From: an uncultured delta proteobacterium
GTDB lineage: Bacteria; Desulfobacterota; RBG-13-43-22
Length of the DNA: 64,000 nt
NCBI GenBank assembly: GCA_963802945.1
Contig: CAWDKY010000025.1
Location: 108,317-172,316, forward strand
Direction: 5' to 3'
In this document: piece by piece, positions 20,316 through 28,937 of the stretch
How positions within the stretch are numbered: position 1 is the stretch's first letter
How the letters are laid out: every line of letters starts with the position of its first letter
Program-made: the position numbers and the translations under genes
The notes under the pieces: generated by a model
The model's database searches: none
Seen by the model: the letters and a program-made list of their open reading frames with translations, nothing else
What the model was told of the DNA's origin: nothing

Positions 20316-21008
20316 TCACGAAAGTCCAGCCTCTCGGGCACTTCTTGTGCTGAAATCAAGACGCTGATTAACTTCAGATGAAGGTATGACTTCCGAGGTA
20401 ATGTCGAGGAGACTGCCAATAAAGAGTTTTCTAGGCGTGTCGGAACCAGGCTCTACAACAATTCGAAACTCATTTTGATAAGCGAATATTGAACGCTTGC
20501 GGAAGCGCCCAGTTTCACCTGAGTACTCCTCAGCATCGTAGTATTCAACCAGCCCGGCTGTGGGGTTAAGGCCAGCATCCTTAGCAGCACCAAAAACGCG
20601 ATTTAAGAACTCGGTAGGGTTCAAGACAAGCGCGCATGAATCCCCAAACTGAAAATTCTTAGGGTTAACCAATTCCCCATCAACTGGTTTTGTCACGGCA
20701 AACATGCAATACACATTGCATGATGCAGTCCTCTGTAGCCCGATTCGAACCGGTCCGGCCAATTCCAATGGGTTTACGGTGAATTTACCGAGACCTATCT
20801 TACTCCCGTCAAGTATGATTTCGGCATGCTTGGGCTGGATAATGGTTGTCGTTCCCTCAAAGCAGTCGCCTCTTGCCGTATCCGATTCGAGTTTGGCAAA
20901 CTCGGCCAACGACTTCATATATAGCAGCCCCTCCCTACAAAACGCCTGAATGTGCTTTTTTTCCCCAAACTTCAAGAGGGCATAAATTATTTGTTTGGCT
21001 TCTAACAT
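20316..21008 (-). CDS. Hypothetical protein, putative defence-island gene
   Basis: 230 aa; G.LYM..L..F...E...RGD..EG, NVYCM, FRKRSIFAYQNEFR (weak resemblance to the DUF2971-like K...Y..E.R motif). Confidence 0.75.
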   Translation of the reverse strand: MLEAKQIIYALLKFGEKKHIQAFCREGLLYMKSLAEFAKLESDTARGDCFEGTTTIIQPKHAEIILDGSKIGLGKFTVNPLELAGPVRIGLQRTASCNVYCMFAVTKPVDGELVNPKNFQFGDSCALVLNPTEFLNRVFGAAKDAGLNPTAGLVEYYDAEEYSGETGRFRKRSIFAYQNEFRIVVEPGSDTPRKLFIGSLLDITSEVIPSSEVNQRLDFSTRSAREAGLS

Positions 21009-21041
21009 TGATCACCTCTCTGCGGAAATCTCTCGAATGCG

Positions 21042-21174
21042 GCCGGATAGATCTGTGCCTCGTTGAAGCTCACTTGCGAATCGTTCTGGGTTCGGCACAA
21101 CTGATTTGTTCGGCGAGTTTTTCGTGATTCCCATCTCGGCTTCCGCTAGGGCACCATCTGCCCGACTGTTGGGC
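21042..21174 (-). other. Truncated/degenerate attC remnants
   Basis: GCCCAAC inverse core 10 bp after the RM stop, complementary to that cassette's GTTGGGC start; second GCCGAACaaatcagttgtgcc...ggcaca half-site without a GTT core. Confidence 0.55.
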
Positions 21175-21184
21175 GGTGTCATCG

Positions 21185-24061
21185 TCAGGATTCACCTTCA
21201 ACGAGTTTGATTTCTTCTTCCGTAAGGCCGTACAGTTCGTACACCATACGGTCGATCTCCGCGTCGGTCGCCGTGAAGGCATTCTGCAATGCGGCTTTTT
21301 CGGGTTCTGATGTGGCCCCGCGCAGTTTTGGCGTCAGCGCCAGCATCTTCTCCACCAGCAGTACCAGCTTGTCGTGCCGCGCTTTGTCGGACGGCTTTTT
21401 TGAATCAATCTTGGGAAAAGGAAGCTCCCGAGTTTGTTTGATAATCGTTTTTGGAAAGTCGTCGCGACGAGCAACCATGTTAACCTGGCAAAAGAACCAT
21501 GAGATGAGCCGACTATTGAGGATGGCCAGAATACACTTTATATTAGGAAATGTGTTTCGTGGAATCAGGTTTTGAACTGATTGGTTAGTTAAAAATTCTG
21601 CCTCGGAATACACAGCTTGCAGCCGGAATTTTCGGCCGAGTAATTGTCGCAACAGAATCCGCTGTCCGCTGAAGAACTTGATTGGTTTTCTGGCCTCGAT
21701 GTCAGGCGGATAACCTTCATACGCTTCCGGCCCAAGGTCCAACTCATAGCGCAGCATCTCACCATTGAATGCGCGCTTCGGCATTCGGCAATCCTTTGCA
21801 GGACGAGGATTGTAGGTTTCGATGCCTCGCATCACTTCAACCGCCGAGTCCAACATGGCTGGACTTCCCCTGAGCTTCTTCACCAAAGCCGCCTGCTCTT
21901 TGGAAGACAACACCAAGAATTCTTTGTCGGGCGATCCAATCCAGTCAGCGTAGTTGCCTACCTTTCTGAACAAATCAAAATCCTTCGGGCCTTCGACCTT
22001 CCGCCGGATTGGAAAGACGACCAAGTCAACTGTCGTGTCTTCCAAGTCTGTCCATCGTTTATTAGAAACTAAGCGCTGCGCCGTTACAATGATAGTGTCA
22101 ATGTATGCTCCATCGAATACATCGTAAGGAAGCGAAACGAATGACGTTGGACGAAACTGTTCAGCAAATCGTTCGCGAAGCTTTTTTGATGAAGGCGTTG
22201 AAACCCAACCTGACGGAATAATCATACCGAAGTGTCCTTGGGGATTCAGCAAATCACCAGTCTGTTCTACGAACATGATGAACGAGTCGATTGAGTTTGT
22301 GACGGCGCGGAATCTATTTCGAATGTATGCTTCCCACTCTTTATCGAAGTCTGCACCATACGGTGGATTGCCGATGATGGCATCGAAGCCTCCGGTTTTC
22401 ATGGCGTCGGGGAACTGCGCGTGCCAGTCGAAGGCTCGGACGCGGACGAGGTCTTCGGGAATCATGGAGAAGTCGGAGGCGATAAGGGAGTTTCCGCATT
22501 TGATGTTTTGGGATAGATTCGGCAATGCACGTTCGTGGAAGAGGTTCATCTGACGGGAGAGGGTAGTGTCGTTTTCGCCTTCGAGGGCCTTCAGCAGCAA
22601 CGAGAGCTTGGTGGTTTCGACGGCCTGCCGGTCGATGTCAACGCCGTAGATGTGAGTGGTGAGGATGCGTTTGCGTTCGGCGATGGTGAGACGGGTTTCA
22701 CCTTTGGCGTTCTCATAAACGGCTTTGGCGTGTTTTTTGGAGAAGTTGTCCTGATACCATTTCAGGTAATGGTCGAGCAGTAACTGATAGGCGCCGAGGA
22801 GGAAGGAGCCGCTCCCGCATGCCATGTCGAGCACGCGGAAGGAGGGCGTGGTTTTGCCGCCAGCAAGATCGGCGGGGCTTTTGCCTTCAATCTGTTTGCC
22901 GATGGTGTTGAGGACGATGTAGTTCACGATATAGGCGGGGGTGTAGTACACGCCGCCGGCCTTGCGCACTTCGGGCTTTTCCTCTACTTTGGCCTGATGC
23001 CCGGCAGTCAGGCGGATGACTTTGCCGAGGAAGCGTTCGTACACCGTGCCGAGGATTTCCACGGGTAGGACGCCGAAGTTGTACGGACTGCCATGCTCAA
23101 AGTAGAGGCTTTGGAGAATGGGCTTGAGGGCATTATCGTCCACGGCTAGACGCGGCGTTAGCGTGTCCGGCGCATCAGAGACGCCGGGTTCTTTCTGGAA
23201 GTGGAACAGGCCAGAGTTGTATTTCTGATCGGCCTTACGGCACAATCCGTTAATAAAACGGTCGTAAATGGCCGGTTGCACGCAGAGTTTGAGTAGTTGC
23301 CCGTAAGACTCCAGTCCGCGATCCTCGGCCATCCGCAGAAAGATGATCCGGTCAATAATCCGCTGAACGGCGTTGTTGAGGTCCTCTACCGACAAATCGC
23401 TGTTGCGTAGGGCGAGGTTTCGTGCCAGTACATCGCGCCAGCCTTCGATATCCTTCAGAAACTCGCTGTCAACCTCGGAGGTGCCTCGCTTACGTTTGGA
23501 GGCAGCATACTGGTCGAAGTTCCCAGACCAGACGGCCTCGCGCGAGAAAACGTTCCAAATCTCCCGCCAACAGTCAGGATACTCGTTGAACAGGAAATAC
23601 TGGATACGGGCATGGCTGGCCTTATCTCCGGGTCGCGGGCGAGAGGTACAATCGTACACGCCTAGTTCCCCGAAGTCGGTCAGGATAGACAGGGCAAGCT
23701 TGGCGCTGAAGCCGTAACGGCGAAGTTGATAGGCCGGTGCGGGATCGGTGCTGATATTGACGCCGCACTTCTTGGCTTCGACGTAGAACTTCGGCAATGT
23801 GCCGACCCGGAAGGTGTAGTCGGGGGCCTTCTGTTGACCTTCCACATCCAGACTGTCTTCGGGGACGACTTCGCGATATTGGGGTGCTACCATGGTGTCG
23901 TTGCGCACGTCCCAGCCAAGGGCCTCGAAAAAAGGATCTATGAGTGATTGGCGGACGTGGGCTTCCTTGACTCCAGGAGCGAGGTAGGACTGCTGGTTAG
24001 TGGCGAAGTATTGACACAGCTTTGCAACTTCATCTTTGCCTTGATCGAATGTCTTACTCAT
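21185..24061 (-). CDS. Type IIG (fused REase-MTase-TRD) restriction-modification enzyme, Eco57I/TaqI-C-like
   Basis: N-terminal PDY...VEAKK nuclease, GVYYTP, DMACGSGSF (motif I), GNPPY (motif IV), C-terminal ILNSRL...IDRMVYELYGLTEEEI. Confidence 0.92.
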   Translation of the reverse strand: MSKTFDQGKDEVAKLCQYFATNQQSYLAPGVKEAHVRQSLIDPFFEALGWDVRNDTMVAPQYREVVPEDSLDVEGQQKAPDYTFRVGTLPKFYVEAKKCGVNISTDPAPAYQLRRYGFSAKLALSILTDFGELGVYDCTSRPRPGDKASHARIQYFLFNEYPDCWREIWNVFSREAVWSGNFDQYAASKRKRGTSEVDSEFLKDIEGWRDVLARNLALRNSDLSVEDLNNAVQRIIDRIIFLRMAEDRGLESYGQLLKLCVQPAIYDRFINGLCRKADQKYNSGLFHFQKEPGVSDAPDTLTPRLAVDDNALKPILQSLYFEHGSPYNFGVLPVEILGTVYERFLGKVIRLTAGHQAKVEEKPEVRKAGGVYYTPAYIVNYIVLNTIGKQIEGKSPADLAGGKTTPSFRVLDMACGSGSFLLGAYQLLLDHYLKWYQDNFSKKHAKAVYENAKGETRLTIAERKRILTTHIYGVDIDRQAVETTKLSLLLKALEGENDTTLSRQMNLFHERALPNLSQNIKCGNSLIASDFSMIPEDLVRVRAFDWHAQFPDAMKTGGFDAIIGNPPYGADFDKEWEAYIRNRFRAVTNSIDSFIMFVEQTGDLLNPQGHFGMIIPSGWVSTPSSKKLRERFAEQFRPTSFVSLPYDVFDGAYIDTIIVTAQRLVSNKRWTDLEDTTVDLVVFPIRRKVEGPKDFDLFRKVGNYADWIGSPDKEFLVLSSKEQAALVKKLRGSPAMLDSAVEVMRGIETYNPRPAKDCRMPKRAFNGEMLRYELDLGPEAYEGYPPDIEARKPIKFFSGQRILLRQLLGRKFRLQAVYSEAEFLTNQSVQNLIPRNTFPNIKCILAILNSRLISWFFCQVNMVARRDDFPKTIIKQTRELPFPKIDSKKPSDKARHDKLVLLVEKMLALTPKLRGATSEPEKAALQNAFTATDAEIDRMVYELYGLTEEEIKLVEGES

Positions 24062-24103
24062 AAGTGCCCAATCCTTATCCCCGGTTACCCGCAACAATCA
24101 GAC

Positions 24104-24160
24104 GCCCAACATATAAATCAGCCGACACAGAAGGAAGGAGGCTGGATTTTTTTGTTAGCC
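24104..24160 (-). other. Integron attC site (57 bp)
   Basis: GGCTAAC-aaaaa-AATCCAGC-(loop)-GCTGATT-tatat-GTTGGGC: R''/L''/L'/R' boxes, 5-nt spacers, extra base in L'', upstream gene's TAA inside R''. Confidence 0.88.
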
Positions 24161-24934
24161 ATCGGTTACTACTTCCGGCAAACCGAGTTTTCTGCGGTAC
24201 TCGTTGAAGGCCGCGCGTTGATTTGGATCTCTGTGCTTCCAGTAGAACTGGAATTCGTACGGCTTTGCTTCCGGCATCCGAAGATCCTCGGACCGTGCGG
24301 CCATGTCGTCGAACAGCAACTCTACATCGGGCTTGATGGGCTGACCACCTCGCGTCACCGTAGGGTCGTAATCCGGGTACAGGGTCATGTAGTTGGTTCC
24401 CATGCCAATGGCGTTAATGAGATCATGGGCAGCCGTCGCGAGTTCCCGAAGATCTACGAACGTGACCCGGGAATTATTGCTGTTGGACGGCTGGCTGGTG
24501 ATGGCTTCCCTGTCGAGGTGCGCAAAAATACTATGGCGTAGGCGACTGATCCTCCCTTCGATTTGGTTGATTCGGCGATCTACGTCACTGGAGCGCAGCT
24601 TGGCAGCAATCGAGTTTCGCGCAACGTCATCGCGGGCATTCGACATTACCTCGTTCCGAAGTTGACGTAGCGTGAGAGAGTCACCATTCGTATCAAGCAG
24701 AATCCGCCACAGTCCCACGACTACTGCCGTTTCGAGCGATCCACGAACGAGCTTCCAAAACGGCCCCGGATGCTCAACGAAAAGGTCGAAGGGGAACCGC
24801 GCCACATGCTCAAGCACGAACAACGTAGAACGAATTCTTGCCAACTGGTTGTGCAGAACACCGATCTGCGCCTTGTAGGTCGGTATCCAAGACTCGACGA
24901 GTAATTCCTCTGGTCTAAGGTCCATGGTTTTCAC
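24155..24934 (-). CDS. HEPN-domain protein, AbiU2-like (gene cassette)
   Basis: Helical protein with LWRILLDTNGDSLTL and RHSIFAH (Rx4-6H HEPN motif). Confidence 0.75.
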   Translation of the reverse strand: MKTMDLRPEELLVESWIPTYKAQIGVLHNQLARIRSTLFVLEHVARFPFDLFVEHPGPFWKLVRGSLETAVVVGLWRILLDTNGDSLTLRQLRNEVMSNARDDVARNSIAAKLRSSDVDRRINQIEGRISRLRHSIFAHLDREAITSQPSNSNNSRVTFVDLRELATAAHDLINAIGMGTNYMTLYPDYDPTVTRGGQPIKPDVELLFDDMAARSEDLRMPEAKPYEFQFYWKHRDPNQRAAFNEYRRKLGLPEVVTDG

Positions 24935-24938
24935 GTAT

Positions 24939-24975
24939 GGCTAACAATTAATATACGAACTTCGTTTTTTCCTAC
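24939..24975 (-). other. attI-like integration site
   Basis: aaaaaacgaagttcgtatattaattGTTAGCC; the core is the exact complement of cassette-1 R'' (GGCTAAC), with no attC-type inverted repeat upstream. Confidence 0.6.
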
Positions 24976-24987
24976 TTTATACTCTTC

Positions 24988-25028
24988 ATTATAACACCCC
25001 ATTATATTTAAGAAAAGGTAAAAGTCAC
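24988..25028 (-). promoter_or_regulatory. Cassette (Pc-like) promoter(s)
   Basis: Perfect extended -10 TGtTATAAT (24988-24996) and GTGACT-16 nt-TATAAT (25001-25028), both facing the cassettes. Confidence 0.6.
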
Positions 25029-25180
25029 ATAATAATAAATAAATAGCTATGTTCACGACTTCGTATTTTTTGTTGATAAGAAGCAAAAACGATATTCGTA
25101 ATAAATGGAAAGTTTCCCCATTACTATAAAAGGTAATTTGGGGGTGAATTAAAACACGAGGCTGTGTCAAGAAGGAGAAA

Positions 25181-25232
25181 CCGGGGACACTTCTATGATT
25201 AGATCTATTTTTAAAACGGGGGAGGCGTCTTT
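25181..25232. repeat. REP-like GGGGACACTTC element (right island boundary)
   Basis: ccggggacacttctatgatta matches ctggggatacttcccggatta at 20216 in 16 of 21 positions; degenerate partner ggaggcgtct. Confidence 0.45.
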
Positions 25233-25241
25233 AGATTTCTT

Positions 25242-25688
25242 TTAATCTGATCCGTTTCGACTATTTTTACTGTGAACATCGTCTTTTGAGCTCGATGGCT
25301 TGTAATGAGCAAGCCAGAAAAAGGCAAAAGATATTAAAGTGGTAATAAAAGCTATGGTGAAGGCCAGTGATTTCCCGTGCCATAAACCGTCCAACCAAAG
25401 CCTGAATTCAGTAACAAGTACATTGGCCTTTCCGCCATAAAGTTCTAAATCCCGTGAATATTTTTTTGAATCTTCAGGCCTAATTGGATAAACAGATCCA
25501 TTTCCTTCTTCGTAACCCAAAACGTAGTTCGGATTATTATCCGCTGTTTGATAAATCCAAGTGGCGCTAATCAAACCAACCAGGAGGATAACGATGCTGA
25601 GGGCATTGAAATAAACATGCGGATCTTTAATATTCCATATCATATCGTGCCTATTTAAAATCATGTCTTTCTTTGGCTGGACGATCAT
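25242..25688 (-). CDS. Hypothetical 2-TM membrane protein downstream of mdtABC
   Basis: TM - SKKYSRDLELYGGKAN...WLDGLWHGKSLAFTIA - TM. Confidence 0.75.
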   Translation of the reverse strand: MIVQPKKDMILNRHDMIWNIKDPHVYFNALSIVILLVGLISATWIYQTADNNPNYVLGYEEGNGSVYPIRPEDSKKYSRDLELYGGKANVLVTEFRLWLDGLWHGKSLAFTIAFITTLISFAFFWLAHYKPSSSKDDVHSKNSRNGSD

Positions 25689-25689
25689 A

Positions 25690-25790
25690 GATACTGGTTT
25701 CTTGATTCTGGATACTAGATGCTGGATTGGCTTTATCTAGAATCGAGTATCGCTTTTCGTTTTTATCCAGCTTCAAGTATCCAGCATCAT
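25690..25790. repeat. Heptamer tandem-repeat hairpin (GATACTG / ATCCAGC)
   Basis: gatactgg..gattctggatactagatgctggat ... atctagaatcgagtatc ... atccagcttcaagtatccagcatc. Confidence 0.65.
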
Positions 25791-25838
25791 TTCAAAAGAT
25801 TGAGACCACACCATCGTAATCGGGTGTTCTGAATTTTA

Positions 25839-28800
25839 TTACTGCCCTTTGTTCCCCGTTGACCTCAACCCTTTCAGCCAAAGCCTGAACCGGTCAAGAT
25901 ACAGGTACATGACCGGTGTGGTATAGAGGGTAAGTAGTCTGACTGATGACCAGTCCGCCGACGATGGAGATACCCAGGGGGCGACGAATCTCTGAGCCGA
26001 CGCCCCGTCCTAGGGCCAGGGGAACGGCACCGAGCAGAGCCGCCATGGTGGTCATCATAATCGGTCTAAACCGCAACAGACAGGCTTGGTAGATGGCCTC
26101 AACCGGACTTACCCCCCCTTTGCGTTCGGCTTCTACAGCGAAGTCAACCATCATGATGCCGTTTTTTTTGACGATCCCGATAAGCAGGATGATCCCGATA
26201 AAGGAAATGACCGTCAGTTCGGATCGGAAGATCAGGAGGGCCAGGAGCGCCCCTACACCGGCTGAGGGTAAGGTGGACAGGATGGTGAGGGGGTGGATGG
26301 TGCTTTCATAAAGGATGCCGAGTACGATATAGACCGTTATCAGTGCGGCCAGGATCAGAAGGGGTTGGTTGGCTAAAGAGGCCTGGAAAGCCTGGGCCGT
26401 TCCTTGAAAACTGCCATGGATGCCAGCCGGGAGCACCATCTGGTGTGTGGCCGCCTGTACTTCTTCCACGGCCTCACCGAGCGATTTTCCCGGCCGTAAA
26501 TTGAAAGAAGTGGTGACCGAAGGAAACTGGCCCTGGTGATTCACGGCCAACGAGGTGTTATTCCGCTCAAACCGGCTAAAGGCGCTAAGCGGCACCATGG
26601 CTCCGTTGGTGGCGCGGACATAGATATCTCGCAGTGTCTCGGGGTTTTCCCAGAAGGCCGGCTCGACCTCCATCACGACGTGGTATTGATTTAGGAAGGT
26701 ATAGGAGATCGACACCTGCCGCTGGCCGAAGGCGTCATAAAGGACGTCATCGATCATCTGGGGCGTAATGCCGAAGCGCGAGGCCGTATCACGGTCGATG
26801 ACCAAAGTGGCTTCCCGCCCTTTATCCTGCTGGTCACTGCTCACATCAACCAAGGCTGGCAAGGTTCGGAGCCGCTGTAAGATACGCGGGGCCGAGGTAA
26901 CCAAGTCCTTCAAGTTGTCTCCCTGGAGGGTATACTGATACATGGCATTACTTGACCTTCCCCCAATGCGCAGGTCCTGCACCGGTTGAAGATAGGTCGG
27001 GGCCCCCGGTACTTGGTTCAGCTTTTTGCGCAGCCGGGCCATCACCTCGCTGACACTGGCTTTCCGCTTGCCAAAGGGTTTTAAGGAAATAAACATGCTC
27101 GCCTTGTTGGCGGCAGTGCCCCCTCCTCCTCCGCCTCCGGTAAAACCTGAGGCAAAGACTACCTCCGGGTCACTTTTTATGATCTCCAGGACTTTGGTCA
27201 GCTTGGCCTTCATGGCCTGAAAAGATATATCCTGCTCGGCCTGAATGGTTCCGGCAATCCGTCCGGTATCCTGCTCCGGGAAAAAGCCCTTGGGGATAAA
27301 GACAAACAAGACCCCATTGGTCACCACAGTGACCAGCAACACGAGGAGCATCAACCGGGAGTGGCTAAGGGCCCAACGCAGGGTTATTTCATAGCGACGG
27401 TGCATCCAGTTAAAGGCCCCTTCGCTGGCTGCATAGATCCGTCCATGGGCGCCGGTCTTCCCCGGTCTTAAGAACACAGCGCACATCATGGGTGTCGTGG
27501 TCAGCGATATGACCAATGAAACCATAATAGCCGCGGATAGCGTGACGGCGAACTCTCGAAACAGACGGCCTACCATACCGCCCATGAGTAGGATGGGTAG
27601 GAACACGGCCACCAGAGAAGTACTCATGGAAAGAACAGTGAAGCCGATCTCCTGGGCCCCCAGAAAGGATGCCTCAAGGGAGGACATCCCCCCCTCAACA
27701 TGGCGGGTGATGTTTTCGAGTACCACGATGGCGTCATCCACGACAAATCCGGTGGCAATGGTCAGGGCCATCAAAGAAAGATTATCCAGGTTGTAGCCGA
27801 ACAGATACATCACCCCGAAGGTACCCACTAATGAAACCGCCACCGCGACAGCGGGGATGATGGTCGAACGGATGGTTCGCAGAAAGCCGAAGACGACCAG
27901 GATCACGAGGAAAAAAGAGACGATCAGCGATCGTTCAACGTCTCTCAAGGAACCGCGAATCGAAGGAGTTCGGTCCATAACGATGAAAAACTCCACCCCT
28001 CCGGGCATGGCGGCTTGAAGCTGAGGCAGAAGGTCCTTAACACGATCTACCGTCTCGATGATGTTGGCCCCTGGTTGTCTAAAAATAACCACCACCACCG
28101 ACGGTTTTCCATTGACCATTCCGGCAGCGCGCAGATCCTCGAGCGAATCTTCTACCTTGGCTATATCAGGGAGATGCACGGCCGCGCCGCTTCGGTAAGT
28201 GATGATTAAGGGCAGGTACTGGCTGGCGGTCCGCATTTGATCGTTGGTCTGGATCTCCCAGGTCCTGTTTTCACCGTTCAGTTGCCCCTTAGGCCGGTTT
28301 ACATTGGTCTGGCTAAGAACACTTCGGACATCATCCAGACTGATCCCGTATTTGTTGGCCGCATGGGGATTAACATCCACACGCACGGCCGGTAAGGAAC
28401 TGCCGCCGACAAAAACCTGGCCAACCCCTTCGACCTGAGACAGTTTTTGTTGCATAATACTTGAGGCTGCGTCATACATCTGGGCCGGAGTTAAAACGTC
28501 GGAGGTAAGGGCAACGAGCAGCACAGGCGCATCGGCCGGATTGACCTTTCGGTAGATCGGAAGGCTTGGAAGATTGGCCGGCAGAAAACCCCTGGCGGCG
28601 TCGATGGCTGCCTGTACGTCCCGGGCCGCTCCATTGATATTACGGTCCAGATCAAACTGCAGGACGATGGAGGTGGAGCCGCGGAAGCAGGTCGAAGTCA
28701 TTTCCGTGACCCCGGCGATGTGCCCGAACTGCCGCTCCAGCGGCGCGGCCACGGATGTGGCCATGGTTTCGGGATCCGCCCCGGCAAATTCGCCGATACA

Positions 28801-28937
28801 TAGATCGTTGGAAAATCGATCTGAGGCAGGGGTGATACGGGCAGCAGGCGAAAGGCGATTAGGCCGGTCAGCCCCAGACCTATGGTCAAAAGGGTAGTGG
28901 CTACCGGTCGGGTGATAAAGTGGGCGGAAAGATTCAT
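25839..28937 (-). CDS. mdtC: RND efflux permease MdtC-like (frameshifts near 28780 and 25937)
   Basis: [72 protein letters not shown] in shifted frame. Confidence 0.88.

Noticed and set aside
24946-25240. Integron integrase gene or remnant next to the attI-like site
   Set aside because: No ORF with tyrosine-recombinase motifs on either strand; the 79-aa ORF 24931-25170 is AT-rich non-coding read-through
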